Positions 22,298 to 36,845 of a stretch of DNA of 64,000 nucleotides are shown in pieces. The notes under the pieces are model-generated. The model worked only from the letters and a program-made list of their open reading frames with translations. It made no database searches and was not told where the DNA came from. The translations under genes were made by a program, and so were the position numbers. Position 1 is the stretch's first letter, and each line of letters opens with the position of its first letter. The DNA comes from Escherichia coli (GTDB lineage Bacteria > Pseudomonadota > Gammaproteobacteria > Enterobacterales > Enterobacteriaceae), in NCBI RefSeq assembly GCF_003334335.1, contig NZ_QOWQ01000004.1. One strand, given 5' to 3'.

Positions 22298-23446
22298 TTG
22301 ATTAAGTCAGCGCTATTGGTTCTGGAAGACGGAACCCAGTTTCACGGTCGGGCCATAGGGGCAACAGGTTCGGCGGTTGGGGAAGTCGTTTTCAATACTT
22401 CAATGACCGGTTATCAAGAAATCCTCACTGATCCTTCCTATTCTCGTCAAATCGTTACTCTTACTTATCCCCATATTGGCAATGTCGGCACTAATGACGC
22501 CGATGAAGAATCTTCTCAGGTACATGCCCAAGGTCTGGTGATTCGCGACCTGCCGCTGATTGCCAGCAACTTCCGTAATACCGAAGACCTCTCTTCTTAC
22601 CTGAAGCGCCATAACATAGTGGCGATTGCCGATATCGATACCCGTAAGCTGACGCGTTTACTGCGTGAGAAAGGTGCTCAGAATGGCTGCATTATTGCGG
22701 GTGACAACCCGGATGCGGCGCTGGCGTTAGAAAAAGCCCGTGCGTTCCCAGGTCTGAACGGCATGGATCTGGCAAAAGAAGTAACCACCGCAGAACCCTA
22801 TAGCTGGACACAAGGGAGCTGGACACTGACCGGCGGCCTGCCAGAAGCGAAAAAAGAAGACGAGCTGCCGTTCCACGTCGTGGCTTATGATTTTGGTGCC
22901 AAGCGCAACATCCTGCGTATGCTGGTGGATAGAGGTTGTCGACTGACCATCGTTCCGGCACAAACTTCTGCGGAAGATGTGCTGAAAATGAATCCGGACG
23001 GCATCTTCCTCTCCAACGGTCCTGGCGACCCGGCCCCGTGCGATTACGCCATTACAGCCATCCAGAAATTCCTCGAAACCGATATTCCGGTATTCGGCAT
23101 CTGTCTCGGTCATCAGCTGCTGGCGCTGGCGAGCGGTGCGAAGACCATCAAAATGAAATTTGGTCACCACGGCGGCAACCATCCGGTTAAAGATGTTGAG
23201 AAAAACGTGGTGATGATCACCGCCCAGAACCACGGTTTTGCGGTGGACGAAGCAACATTACCTGCAAACCTGCGTGTCACGCATAAATCCCTGTTCGACG
23301 GTACGTTACAGGGCATTCATCGCACCGATAAACCGGCGTTCAGCTTCCAGGGTCACCCGGAAGCCAGCCCTGGTCCACACGACGCCGCGCCGTTGTTCGA
23401 CCACTTTATCGCGTTAATTGAGCAGTACCGTAAAACCGCTAAGTAA
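22298..23446 (+). CDS. carA: Carbamoyl-phosphate synthase small (glutaminase) subunit
   Basis: 382 aa from TTG at 22298 ([23 protein letters not shown]...); carA is known to use a UUG start; track GTG start at 22271 would add 9 aa. Confidence 0.95.
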   Translation: MIKSALLVLEDGTQFHGRAIGATGSAVGEVVFNTSMTGYQEILTDPSYSRQIVTLTYPHIGNVGTNDADEESSQVHAQGLVIRDLPLIASNFRNTEDLSSYLKRHNIVAIADIDTRKLTRLLREKGAQNGCIIAGDNPDAALALEKARAFPGLNGMDLAKEVTTAEPYSWTQGSWTLTGGLPEAKKEDELPFHVVAYDFGAKRNILRMLVDRGCRLTIVPAQTSAEDVLKMNPDGIFLSNGPGDPAPCDYAITAIQKFLETDIPVFGICLGHQLLALASGAKTIKMKFGHHGGNHPVKDVEKNVVMITAQNHGFAVDEATLPANLRVTHKSLFDGTLQGIHRTDKPAFSFQGHPEASPGPHDAAPLFDHFIALIEQYRKTAK

Positions 23447-23463
23447 TCAGGAGTAAAAGAGCC

Positions 23464-26400
23464 ATGCCAAAACGTACAGATATAAAAAGTATCCTGATTC
23501 TGGGTGCGGGCCCGATTGTTATCGGTCAGGCGTGTGAGTTTGACTACTCTGGCGCGCAAGCGTGTAAAGCCCTGCGTGAAGAGGGTTACCGCGTCATTCT
23601 GGTGAACTCCAACCCGGCGACTATCATGACCGACCCGGAAATGGCTGATGCAACCTACATCGAGCCGATTCACTGGGAAGTGGTACGCAAGATTATTGAA
23701 AAAGAGCGCCCGGACGCGGTGCTGCCAACCATGGGGGGGCAGACGGCGCTGAACTGTGCGCTGGAGCTTGAGCGTCAGGGCGTGCTGGAAGAGTTCGGCG
23801 TCACCATGATTGGTGCCACTGCCGATGCGATTGATAAAGCCGAAGACCGCCGCCGTTTCGACGTAGCGATGAAGAAAATCGGTCTGGAAACTGCGCGTTC
23901 CGGTATCGCTCATTCAATGGAAGAAGCGCTGGCGGTTGCCGCTGAAGTTGGCTTCCCGTGCATTATTCGCCCATCCTTTACCATGGGTGGTAGCGGCGGC
24001 GGTATCGCTTATAACCGCGAAGAGTTTGAAGAAATTTGCGCCCGCGGTCTGGATCTCTCTCCGACTAAAGAGCTGCTGATTGATGAGTCGCTGATCGGCT
24101 GGAAAGAGTACGAGATGGAAGTGGTGCGTGATAAAAACGACAACTGCATCATCGTCTGCTCTATCGAAAACTTTGATGCGATGGGCATCCACACCGGTGA
24201 CTCCATCACTGTCGCGCCAGCCCAAACGCTGACCGACAAAGAATATCAAATCATGCGTAACGCCTCGATGGCGGTACTGCGTGAAATCGGCGTTGAAACC
24301 GGTGGTTCCAACGTCCAATTTGCGGTGAACCCGAAAAACGGTCGCCTGATTGTTATCGAAATGAACCCACGCGTGTCTCGCTCCTCTGCGCTGGCGTCGA
24401 AAGCCACTGGTTTCCCGATTGCCAAAGTGGCGGCGAAACTGGCGGTGGGTTACACCCTCGACGAGCTGATGAACGACATCACCGGTGGCCGTACTCCGGC
24501 CTCCTTCGAGCCGTCCATCGACTACGTGGTGACTAAAATTCCTCGCTTCAACTTCGAGAAATTCGCCGGTGCTAACGACCGTCTGACCACTCAGATGAAA
24601 TCGGTTGGCGAAGTGATGGCGATTGGTCGCACGCAGCAGGAATCCCTGCAAAAAGCGCTGCGCGGCCTGGAAGTGGGCGCAACTGGCTTCGACCCGAAAG
24701 TCAGTCTCGACGACCCGGAAGCGCTGACTAAAATCCGCCGCGAACTGAAAGATGCAGGCGCAGAGCGTATCTGGTACATCGCCGATGCTTTCCGTGCGGG
24801 CCTGTCTGTAGATGGCGTCTTTAACCTGACCAACATTGACCGCTGGTTCCTGGTACAAATTGAAGAACTGGTGCGTCTGGAAGAGAAAGTAGCGGAAGTG
24901 GGCATCACTGGCCTGAACGCTGACTTCCTGCGCCAGCTGAAACGCAAAGGCTTTGCCGATGCGCGTCTGGCAAAACTCGCGGGCGTGCGTGAAGCAGAAA
25001 TCCGTAAGCTGCGTGACCAGTATGACCTGCACCCGGTTTACAAGCGCGTGGATACCTGTGCGGCAGAGTTTGCTACCGACACCGCTTATATGTACTCCAC
25101 TTATGAAGAAGAGTGCGAATCCAACCCATCTGACCGTGACAAAATCATGGTCCTCGGCGGCGGCCCGAACCGTATCGGTCAGGGTATCGAATTCGACTAC
25201 TGTTGCGTACACGCCTCACTGGCGCTGCGCGAAGACGGTTACGAAACCATTATGGTTAACTGTAACCCGGAAACCGTCTCCACTGACTACGACACTTCCG
25301 ATCGCCTCTACTTCGAGCCGGTAACTCTGGAAGATGTGCTGGAAATCGTGCGTATTGAGAAGCCGAAAGGTGTTATCGTTCAGTACGGCGGCCAGACCCC
25401 GCTGAAACTGGCGCGCGCACTGGAAGCCGCTGGCGTACCGGTTATCGGCACCAGCCCGGATGCTATCGACCGTGCGGAAGACCGTGAACGCTTCCAGCAT
25501 GCAGTTGACCGTCTGAAACTGAAACAACCGGCGAACGCCACCGTTACCGCTATTGAAATGGCGGTAGAGAAGGCGAAAGAGATTGGCTACCCGCTGGTGG
25601 TACGTCCGTCTTACGTTCTCGGCGGTCGGGCGATGGAAATCGTCTATGACGAAGCTGACCTGCGTCGCTACTTCCAGACGGCGGTTAGCGTGTCTAACGA
25701 TGCGCCAGTGTTGCTGGATCATTTCCTTGATGACGCAGTAGAAGTTGACGTGGATGCCATCTGCGACGGCGAAATGGTGCTGATTGGCGGCATCATGGAG
25801 CACATCGAGCAGGCGGGCGTGCACTCCGGTGACTCCGCATGTTCTCTGCCAGCCTACACCTTAAGTCAGGAAATTCAGGATGTGATGCGCCAGCAGGTGC
25901 AGAAACTGGCCTTCGAATTGCAGGTGCGCGGCCTGATGAACGTGCAGTTTGCGGTTAAAAACAACGAAGTCTACCTGATTGAAGTTAACCCGCGTGCGGC
26001 GCGTACCGTTCCGTTCGTCTCCAAAGCCACCGGCGTACCGCTGGCGAAAGTGGCGGCGCGCGTGATGGCAGGCAAAACGCTGGCCGAGCAGGGCGTAACC
26101 AAAGAAGTTATCCCTCCGTACTACTCGGTGAAAGAAGTGGTGCTGCCGTTCAATAAATTCCCCGGCGTTGACCCGCTGTTAGGGCCAGAAATGCGCTCTA
26201 CCGGGGAAGTCATGGGCGTGGGCCGCACCTTCGCTGAAGCGTTCGCCAAAGCGCAGCTGGGCAGCAACTCCACCATGAAGAAACACGGTCGTGCGCTGCT
26301 TTCCGTGCGCGAAGGCGACAAAGAACGCGTGGTGGACCTGGCGGCAAAACTGCTGAAACAGGGCTTCGAGCTGGATGCGACCCACGGCACGGCGATTGTG

Positions 26401-26682
26401 CTGGGCGAAGCGGGTATCAATCCGCGTCTGGTAAACAAGGTGCATGAAGGCCGTCCGCACATTCAGGACCGCATCAAGAATGGCGAATATACCTACATCA
26501 TCAACACCACCTCAGGTCGTCGCGCGATTGAAGACTCCCGCGTGATTCGTCGCAGTGCGCTGCAATATAAAGTGCATTATGACACCACCCTGAACGGTGG
26601 TTTCGCTACTGCGATGGCGCTGAATGCTGATGCGACCGAAAAAGTAATTTCGGTGCAGGAAATGCACGCGCAGATCAAATAA
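23464..26682 (+). CDS. carB: Carbamoyl-phosphate synthase large subunit
   Basis: 1072-aa [47 protein letters not shown], duplicated ATP-grasp halves. Confidence 0.98.
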   Translation: MPKRTDIKSILILGAGPIVIGQACEFDYSGAQACKALREEGYRVILVNSNPATIMTDPEMADATYIEPIHWEVVRKIIEKERPDAVLPTMGGQTALNCALELERQGVLEEFGVTMIGATADAIDKAEDRRRFDVAMKKIGLETARSGIAHSMEEALAVAAEVGFPCIIRPSFTMGGSGGGIAYNREEFEEICARGLDLSPTKELLIDESLIGWKEYEMEVVRDKNDNCIIVCSIENFDAMGIHTGDSITVAPAQTLTDKEYQIMRNASMAVLREIGVETGGSNVQFAVNPKNGRLIVIEMNPRVSRSSALASKATGFPIAKVAAKLAVGYTLDELMNDITGGRTPASFEPSIDYVVTKIPRFNFEKFAGANDRLTTQMKSVGEVMAIGRTQQESLQKALRGLEVGATGFDPKVSLDDPEALTKIRRELKDAGAERIWYIADAFRAGLSVDGVFNLTNIDRWFLVQIEELVRLEEKVAEVGITGLNADFLRQLKRKGFADARLAKLAGVREAEIRKLRDQYDLHPVYKRVDTCAAEFATDTAYMYSTYEEECESNPSDRDKIMVLGGGPNRIGQGIEFDYCCVHASLALREDGYETIMVNCNPETVSTDYDTSDRLYFEPVTLEDVLEIVRIEKPKGVIVQYGGQTPLKLARALEAAGVPVIGTSPDAIDRAEDRERFQHAVDRLKLKQPANATVTAIEMAVEKAKEIGYPLVVRPSYVLGGRAMEIVYDEADLRRYFQTAVSVSNDAPVLLDHFLDDAVEVDVDAICDGEMVLIGGIMEHIEQAGVHSGDSACSLPAYTLSQEIQDVMRQQVQKLAFELQVRGLMNVQFAVKNNEVYLIEVNPRAARTVPFVSKATGVPLAKVAARVMAGKTLAEQGVTKEVIPPYYSVKEVVLPFNKFPGVDPLLGPEMRSTGEVMGVGRTFAEAFAKAQLGSNSTMKKHGRALLSVREGDKERVVDLAAKLLKQGFELDATHGTAIVLGEAGINPRLVNKVHEGRPHIQDRIKNGEYTYIINTTSGRRAIEDSRVIRRSALQYKVHYDTTLNGGFATAMALNADATEKVISVQEMHAQIK

Positions 26683-26734
26683 TAGCGTGTCATGGCGGAT
26701 ATTTTTCATCCGCTAATTTGATCGAATAACTAAT

Positions 26735-26763
26735 ACGGTTCTCTGATGAGGACCGTTTTTTTT
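26735..26763 (+). terminator. Rho-independent terminator after carB
   Basis: ACGGTTCTC-TGATGAG-GACCGT hairpin followed by T8. Confidence 0.7.
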
Positions 26764-26942
26764 GCCCATTAAGTAAATCTTTTGGGGAATCGATATTTTT
26801 GATGACATAAGCAGGATTTAGCTCACACTTATCGACGGTGAAGTTGCATACTATCGATATATCCACAATTTTAATATGGCCTTGTTTAATTGCTTCAAAA
26901 CGAGTCATAGCCAGACTTTTAATTTGTGAAACTGGAGTTCGT

Positions 26943-27338
26943 ATGTGTGAAGGATATGTTGAAAAACCACTCTACTTGTTAATCGCCGAATGGATGATGG
27001 CTGAAAATCGGTGGGTGATAGCAAGAGAGATCTCTATTCATTTCGATATTGAACACAGCAAGGCGGTTAATACCCTGACTTATATTCTGTCGGAAGTCAC
27101 AGAAATAAGCTGCGAAGTTAAGATGATCCCTAATAAGCTGGAAGGGCGGGGATGCCAGTGTCAGCGACTGGTTAAAGTGGTCGATATCGATGAGCAAATT
27201 TACGCGCGCCTGCGCAATAACAGTCGGGAAAAATTAGTCGGCGTAAGAAAGACGCCGCGTATTCCTGCCGTTCCGCTCACGGAACTTAACCGCGAGCAGA
27301 AGTGGCAGATGATGTTGTCAAAGAGTATGCGTCGTTAA
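26943..27338 (+). CDS. caiF: Transcriptional activator of the cai/fix carnitine operons
   Basis: 131 aa from ATG at 26943 (MCEGYVEKPLYLLIAEWMMAENRWVIAREIS...); track start at 26838 is an overcall. Confidence 0.93.
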   Translation: MCEGYVEKPLYLLIAEWMMAENRWVIAREISIHFDIEHSKAVNTLTYILSEVTEISCEVKMIPNKLEGRGCQCQRLVKVVDIDEQIYARLRNNSREKLVGVRKTPRIPAVPLTELNREQKWQMMLSKSMRR

Positions 27339-27369
27339 TGTCGTTTCGTTGATACCGTGCGACCTGGTC

Positions 27370-27453
27370 GCCGGATGCGATGCTGGCGCATCTTATACGG
27401 CCTACGGTTCCTTTCCAGCCAGGTCGGATAAGGCGTTTACGCCGCATCCGGAA
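27370..27453. repeat. REP elements (pair)
   Basis: GCCGGATGCGATGCTGGCGCATCTTATACGGCCTAC and inverted GCCGCATCCGG copies. Confidence 0.8.
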
Positions 27454-27456
27454 AGA

Positions 27457-28047
27457 TCACCGTTTCGGCGTCACATCCGTCGTCCCCTGCAAACGGGGGC
27501 GATTTTCCTCCATTTGCCTCAGTGGCTGCGTTTCATGCAACGATGCATGACAGCGCCCGACAAGATCCTGATACTCTTTGGTATTCAACCGTTTCCAGTG
27601 TAACTCGTCGTCACTCACGCTGCGTACAGCGCGGGCTGGCGTACCCATCAACAACTGGCGTTTCTCGCCGCGAAAGCCCGCTTTGATAAAGCTCATAGCG
27701 GCAACAATGCTCTCTTCGCCAATGACCGCGCCATCCATAATCACGCTGTTCATCCCGACCAGTGCATCGCGACCAATCACACAACCATGCAGGATCGCTC
27801 CGTGCCCGATATGACCGTTTTCCCCAACGATGGTGTCAGTGTTGCAGTAGCCATGCATAATGCAGCCATCCTGAATATTGGCTCCCGCTTGCACGATCAA
27901 CCGCCCGTAGTCACCACGCAGTGAGGCGAGTGGGCCGATGTAGACACCGGCTCCCACAATCACATCGCCAATCAAGACGGCACTGGGATGGACAAACGCC
28001 GTCGGGTGAACCACCGGAATTAACCCCTCAAAGGCGTAATAGCTCAC
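27457..28047 (-). CDS. caiE: Carnitine operon protein CaiE (hexapeptide-repeat transferase family)
   Basis: 196 aa from GTG at 28047 ([21 protein letters not shown]...), leaving a 5-nt gap to the caiD stop as in K-12; the alternative ATG at 28068 would give 203 aa. Confidence 0.9.
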   Translation of the reverse strand: MSYYAFEGLIPVVHPTAFVHPSAVLIGDVIVGAGVYIGPLASLRGDYGRLIVQAGANIQDGCIMHGYCNTDTIVGENGHIGHGAILHGCVIGRDALVGMNSVIMDGAVIGEESIVAAMSFIKAGFRGEKRQLLMGTPARAVRSVSDDELHWKRLNTKEYQDLVGRCHASLHETQPLRQMEENRPRLQGTTDVTPKR

Positions 28048-28052
28048 GGTTG

Positions 28053-28838
28053 TTAACGTCCTTTCCACACCGGATCGCGCTTCTCGGCAAACGCCAGCGG
28101 CCCTTCAATGGCATCTTCCGAATGCAGAACCGACGGATAGTGTTTCAACACGCCGCTGCGAATATAGCGATACGCTTCTTCCACCGGCATTTCGCTGGTG
28201 GTGCGGTAGATCTCTTTCAGCGCCGCAATCGCCAGCGGGGCGCTGTTAACCAGCTGCTGCGCCAGTTCGCGGGCGTTATCCATCAGTTCCGCCTGGTTAA
28301 CCACGCGGTTGACTATCCCCCAACGCAGCGCCTCTTCTGCGCCCATTCGTCTGCCGGTCATCACCATTTCATTGACGATGGCAGGCGGCAGGATCTTCGG
28401 CAGACGCAGCACGCCGCCGCTGTCAGGAACGATGCCCAGTTTGGCTTCCGGCAGGGCGAAGCTGGCATTATCGGCACAAACAATAAAATCTGCCGCCAGC
28501 GCCAGTTCAAAGCCGCCGCCAAAGGCATAGCCGTTCACAGCTGCGATAACCGGTTTGTCGAGATTGAAAATTTCGGTTAATCCCGCAAATCCACCCGGGC
28601 CAAAGTCAGCATCCGGTGCTTCGCCTTCTGCTGCCGCTTTTAAATCCCAGCCCGCGGAAAAGAACTTCTCTCCGGCACCGGTGATAATGGCGACACGTAA
28701 TTGCGGATCGTCACGGAAATTTAGAAATACTTCGCCCATTTCAAAGCTGGTTTTTGCATCAATAGCATTCGCTTTTGGACGATCAAGGGTAATTTCCAGA
28801 ATTGATCCATTGCGGGTCAGATGTAATGATTCACTCAT
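28053..28838 (-). CDS. caiD: Carnitinyl-CoA dehydratase (crotonase family)
   Basis: 261 aa from ATG at 28838 ([29 protein letters not shown]...); track start at 28946 is an overcall. Confidence 0.95.
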   Translation of the reverse strand: MSESLHLTRNGSILEITLDRPKANAIDAKTSFEMGEVFLNFRDDPQLRVAIITGAGEKFFSAGWDLKAAAEGEAPDADFGPGGFAGLTEIFNLDKPVIAAVNGYAFGGGFELALAADFIVCADNASFALPEAKLGIVPDSGGVLRLPKILPPAIVNEMVMTGRRMGAEEALRWGIVNRVVNQAELMDNARELAQQLVNSAPLAIAALKEIYRTTSEMPVEEAYRYIRSGVLKHYPSVLHSEDAIEGPLAFAEKRDPVWKGR

Positions 28839-28946
28839 TCCTTTTCTCCATTTTTGCTTTTTCAGGGACGACAGCATCCCTGCAAAAAATGCATATTGTT
28901 TTAGAGTGTGATTATTAGCTGGTAGGGTAGTTCCCTGCCGTTTCAT

Positions 28947-30467
28947 TTATTTCAGATTCTTTCTAATTATTTTCCCCGAGCAATTACGTGGCAGATCTTT
29001 TCTGATCTCCAGATAAGAGGGCACTTTAAATTTCGCCATATTTTGTTCGCAGAAGCGGAAAAATTCCTCTTCGCTCAATGTTTCACCTTCATTCAGCACC
29101 ACAAATGCTTTGATGGCTTCATCGCGAATCGAATCTTTAATACCCACAACCACGATGTCCTGAATTTTCGGGTGCGCGGCGATAATATTTTCCAGCTCCA
29201 CGCAGGAGACATTCTCGCCACCGCGTTTGATCATATTGCAGCGGCGATCGACGAAATAAAAAAAGCCCTCTTCGTCGCGGTATCCGGTATCGCCGGTATG
29301 TAGCCAGCCATCGGCTTCCAGCACTTTCGCAGTGGCTTTCGGGTTGAGAAAATACTCTTTGAAGATGGTTTTCCCTGGTACGCCTTTAATACAGATTTCA
29401 CCGAGCTCACCAGCCGGGAGGGGACGATTGTGATCGTCGCGGATCTCCGCTTCGTAGCAAAAGCCCGCCCGACCAATCGACGGCCAGCGCCGTTTATCGC
29501 CAGGGCGATCGCCGATAATGCCCACAATGGTTTCCGTCATCCCATATGACGTCAGCAAGCGAACGCTGAAGCGTTCACAAAACGCGTCTTTTTCCTGCTC
29601 CGACAGGTTGAGATAAAACATCACTTCCCGCAGGCAGTGTTGCCGATCGTTCGCTGAAGGCGGCTGCACCATCAACGTACGAATCATCATCGGAATACAT
29701 TCGGTAATGGTGGCGCGGTACTTCTGCACCTGTCCCCAGAAGGCGCGGGCGCTGTATTTCTCGACCAGCACAAAGGTGGCCCCGGCAGAAAACGCCGCCA
29801 TCGCCGCAGTACACTGGCAGTCAATATGAAACGCAGGCATTACCGTCAGGTAGACGTCATCGTCACGCAGTGCACACTGCCAGGCGGAGTAATATCCAGC
29901 GAAGCGCAGGTTGTAATGGGTAATCACCACCCCTTTCGGTCGGGAGGTAGTGCCGGAGGTGAAGAGAATTTCCGCCGTATCGTCAGTCGATAGCGGCGGT
30001 GCATAGCACAAGGTGGCAGGTTGTTGATTTTTCAGTTGAGTAAACGAACTCACGCCATCATCAGCGGGAAGTGCCATATCTGTCAGGCAAATGTGCCGCA
30101 ACTGAGAGGCATCTTCCTGCTGAATCTGTTGATACATAGGATAAAATTGCGCACTGGTCACCAGCAGGCACGCCTGGCTATTTTGCAGGATCCACGTGCT
30201 TTCTTCGCGCAACAGGCGGGCGTTAATCGGCACCATAATCGCGCCAATTTTTGCCAACCCGAACCAGCAAAAGATAAATTCCGGGCAGTTGTCGAGATGT
30301 AGAGCAACCTTGTCGCCTTTGCGAATCCCCAGCGTATAAAACAGGTTTGCCGTGCGGTTAATCTCCTGATTTAACTCAAGATAACTATACCGGTTAACGA
30401 CTCCGCCGCTGGATTCACAAATTAGCGCCGTTTTATGACCGTAAACGTCCGCCAGATCGTCCCACAT
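28947..30467 (-). CDS. caiC: Crotonobetaine/carnitine-CoA ligase (N-terminus affected by an in-frame TAA, see findings)
   Basis: 506-aa [25 protein letters not shown]..., AMP-binding enzyme motifs; the K-12-like N-terminus MDIIGGQHLR is encoded in frame upstream but separated by TAA at 30468-30470. Confidence 0.92.
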   Translation of the reverse strand: MWDDLADVYGHKTALICESSGGVVNRYSYLELNQEINRTANLFYTLGIRKGDKVALHLDNCPEFIFCWFGLAKIGAIMVPINARLLREESTWILQNSQACLLVTSAQFYPMYQQIQQEDASQLRHICLTDMALPADDGVSSFTQLKNQQPATLCYAPPLSTDDTAEILFTSGTTSRPKGVVITHYNLRFAGYYSAWQCALRDDDVYLTVMPAFHIDCQCTAAMAAFSAGATFVLVEKYSARAFWGQVQKYRATITECIPMMIRTLMVQPPSANDRQHCLREVMFYLNLSEQEKDAFCERFSVRLLTSYGMTETIVGIIGDRPGDKRRWPSIGRAGFCYEAEIRDDHNRPLPAGELGEICIKGVPGKTIFKEYFLNPKATAKVLEADGWLHTGDTGYRDEEGFFYFVDRRCNMIKRGGENVSCVELENIIAAHPKIQDIVVVGIKDSIRDEAIKAFVVLNEGETLSEEEFFRFCEQNMAKFKVPSYLEIRKDLPRNCSGKIIRKNLK

Positions 30468-30573
30468 TTAACGTAGATGTTGTCCGCCAATGATATCCAT
30501 TGCACCTCTATCCATTGTTGTTCGTTTGTTATTGAGCGGGCGCTAGTCAGGCAAGCTGACTGACGCCACGCGT

Positions 30574-31809
<1,236 letters not shown>

Positions 31810-31825
31810 TTATGTAGCGCATGAC

Positions 31826-31900
<75 letters not shown>

Positions 31901-31908
31901 GCACGGAC

Positions 31909-33051
31909 TTAGCGGTATTGCTTCAGCACCGCGCGACCCAGCGTCAGGATCTGCATTTCGTCAGATCCCCCGGAGACGCGGTCTACACGCAGATCACGCC
32001 AGAAGCGGCTGATGCGGTGGTTGCCCGCAATCCCGACACCGCCCAGCACCTGCATTGCGCTATCCACCACTTCAAATGCTGCATTGGCGCAGAAGTATTT
32101 GCACATCGCTGCATCGCCAGAGGTGATGGTGCCGTTGTCTGCTTTCCACGCTGCTTCATACAGCATGTTTTTCATGGAGTTTAATTTGATCGCCATGTGG
32201 GCGAATTTTTCCTGAATCAACTGGAAACGACCAATAGCCTCGCCAAACTGCACGCGCTGGTTGGCGTAGCGCGCCGCATCTTCAAAGGCGCACATCGCCG
32301 TACCGTAGTTGGTCAGGGCTACCAGGAAACGTTCATGGTCGAACTCTTCTTTGACGCGGTTAAAGCCGTTACCTTCCCGACCGAACATGTCTTTCTCGTC
32401 CAGTTCCACATCGTCAAAGGTGATTTCACAGCAGCTATCCATACGCAGACCGAGCTTCTCAAGTTTGGTCACTTTGATGCCCGGTTTGCTCATATCAACA
32501 AACCATTCGGTGTAGACAGGTTTGTCCGGAGAAGCCCCGTCGCGCGCCATCACCACGATGTACGGGGTGTAGGCGCTACTGGTAATAAAACACTTACTAC
32601 CATTAAGATAAATCTTACCATTTCTACGGGTATAAGTCGTTTTCAGGCTACCCACGTCGGAGCCCGCGCCCGGTTCGGTAATCGCTGAGTTCCACATCTG
32701 CTTACCGGTGCCGCGGAAAGCCATAATCTTGTCGATCTGCTCTTGTGTGCCTTCGCGCAGGAAGGTATTGAACCCGCCCGGCAACTGGTACAGTACATAG
32801 GTTGGTGCCCCCAGACGTCCCAGCTCCATCCACACGGCGGCGAGAGTAACAAACCCCGCGTCCAGACCACCGTGCTCTTCAGGGATCAGCAGACTGTCGA
32901 TACCCATATCCGCCAGTGCTTTGACAAAACGTTCCGGGTAGACGCTGTCACGGTCGCACTCGGCAAAATAGGCCTCCCAGTTTTCGCTGGCCATCAGTTC
33001 GCGGATACCGGCGACAAACAGTTCCTGCTCATCATTTAAATTAAAATCCAT
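31909..33051 (-). CDS. caiA: Crotonobetainyl-CoA reductase (acyl-CoA dehydrogenase family)
   Basis: 380 aa, [35 protein letters not shown]... Confidence 0.97.
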
Positions 33052-33081
33052 CTTTCAACCTCTTGATATTTTGGGGGTTAA

Positions 33082-34599
<1,518 letters not shown>

Positions 34600-34846
34600 T
34601 TAATTCCACTGTGAAAACGAATATTTATTTTGCGTTCCCGTTTGTTTTATTTTTGTTAACATTTAATATAATTATTATTAACCTCGTGGACGCGTTAATG
34701 GCTAACTCATAATGGGTATTCAATAAGCTGTATTCTGTGATTGGTATCACATTTTTGTTTCGGGTGAATAGAGGGCGTTTTTTCGTTAATTTTGATTAAT
34801 AATCAGTTTGTTATGCTCTATTGTGAGTAAAAAAATAACATCTGAC

Positions 34847-34977
34847 TTTCAATATTGGTGATCCATAAAACAATATTGAAAATTTCTTTTTGCTACGCCG
34901 TGTTTTCAATATTGGTGAGGAACTTAACAATATTGAAAGTTGGATTTATCTGCGTGTGACATTTTCAATATTGGTGA
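34847..34977. promoter_or_regulatory. cai/fix divergent control region with direct repeats carrying CAATATTG palindromes (probable CaiF/CRP target region)
   Basis: TTTCAATATTGGTGA at 34847, 34904 and 34963; ACAATATTGAAA at 34870 and 34927; lies between divergent caiT and fixA. Confidence 0.6.
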
Positions 34978-35068
34978 TTAAAGTTTTATTTCCAAATTAA
35001 AGGGCGTGATATCTGTAATTAACACCACCGATATGAACGACGTTTCCTTCATGATTTCTGGAGATGCA

Positions 35069-35839
35069 ATGAAGATTATTACTTGCTATAAGTGCGTGCC
35101 TGATGAACAGGATATTGCGGTCAATAATGCTGATGGTTCATTAGACTTCAGCAAAGCCGATGCCAAAATAAGCCAATACGATCTCAACGCTATTGAAGCG
35201 GCTTGCCAGCTAAAGCAACAGGCAGCAGAGGCGCAGGTGACAGCCTTAAGTGTGGGCGGTAAAGCCCTGACCAACGCCAAAGGGCGTAAAGATGTGTTAT
35301 CGCGCGGCCCGGATGAACTGATTGTGGTAATTGATGACCAGTTCGAGCAGGCACTGCCGCAACAAACGGCGAGCGCACTGGCTGCAGCCGCCCAGAAAGC
35401 AGGCTTTGATTTGATCCTCTGTGGCGATGGTTCTTCCGACCTTTATGCCCAGCAGGTTGGTTTGCTGGTAGGCGAAATCCTCAATATTCCGGCAGTTAAC
35501 GGCGTCAGCAAAATTATCTCCCTGACTGCAGATACCCTCACCGTTGAGCGCGAACTGGAAGATGAAACCGAAACCTTAAGCATTCCGCTGCCTGCGGTTG
35601 TTGCTGTTTCCACTGATATCAATTCCCCACAAATTCCTTCGATGAAAGCCATTCTCGGCGCGGCGAAAAAGCCCGTCCAGGTATGGTCGGCGGCGGATAT
35701 TGGTTTTAACGCAGAGGCAGCCTGGTCAGAACAACAGGTTGCCGCGCCGAAACAGCGCGAACGTCAGCGCATCGTGATTGAAGGCGACGGCGAAGAACAG
35801 ATCGCCGCATTTGCTGAAAATCTTCGCAAAGTCATTTAA
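35069..35839 (+). CDS. fixA: Electron transfer flavoprotein beta-subunit homolog FixA
   Basis: 256 aa from ATG at 35069 ([18 protein letters not shown]...); track start at 35006 is an overcall. Confidence 0.95.
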
Positions 35840-35853
35840 TTACAGGGGATGCT

Positions 35854-36795
35854 ATGAACACGTTTTCTCAAGTCTGGGTATTCAGCGATACCCCTTCTCG
35901 TCTGCCGGAACTGATGAACGGTGCGCAGGCTTTAGCTAATCAAATCAACACCTTTGTCCTCAATGATGCCGACGGCGCACAGGCAATCCAGCTCGGCGCT
36001 AATCATGTCTGGAAATTAAACGGCAAACCGGACGATCGGATGATCGAAGATTACGCCGGTGTCATGGCTGACACTATTCGCCAGCACGGCGCAGACGGCC
36101 TGGTGCTGCTGCCAAACACCCGTCGCGGCAAATTACTGGCGGCAAAACTGGGTTATCGCCTTAAAGCGGCGGTGTCTAACGATGCCAGCACCGTCAGCGT
36201 ACAGGACGGTAAAGCGACAGTGAAACACATGGTTTACGGTGGTCTGGCGATTGGCGAAGAACGCATTGCCACGCCGTATGCGGTACTGACCATCAGCAGC
36301 GGCACGTTCGATGCGGCTCAGCCAGACGCGTCACGCACTGGCGAAACGCACACCGTGGAGTGGCAGGCTCCGGCTGTGGCGATTACCCGCACGGCAACCC
36401 AGGCGCGCCAGAGCAACAGCGTCGATCTCGACAAAGCCCGTCTGGTGGTCAGCGTCGGTCGCGGTATTGGCAGCAAAGAGAACATTGCGCTGGCAGAACA
36501 GCTTTGCAAGGCGATAGGTGCGGAGTTGGCCTGTTCTCGTCCGGTGGCGGAAAACGAAAAATGGATGGAGCACGAACGCTATGTCGGTATCTCCAACCTG
36601 ATGCTGAAACCTGAACTGTACTTGGCGGTGGGGATCTCCGGGCAGATCCAGCACATGGTTGGCGCTAACGCGTCGCAAACCATTTTCGCCATCAATAAAG
36701 ATAAAAATGCGCCGATCTTCCAGTACGCGGATTACGGCATTGTTGGCGACGCCGTGAAGATCCTTCCGGCGCTGACCGCAGCTTTAGCGCGTTGA
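35854..36795 (+). CDS. fixB: Electron transfer flavoprotein alpha-subunit homolog FixB
   Basis: 313 aa, [30 protein letters not shown]... Confidence 0.96.
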
Positions 36796-36845
36796 TCCAC
36801 TCTGGCAGGGCTGCATTTTGGCCCTGCCGCTGACAGGGAGCTCTT

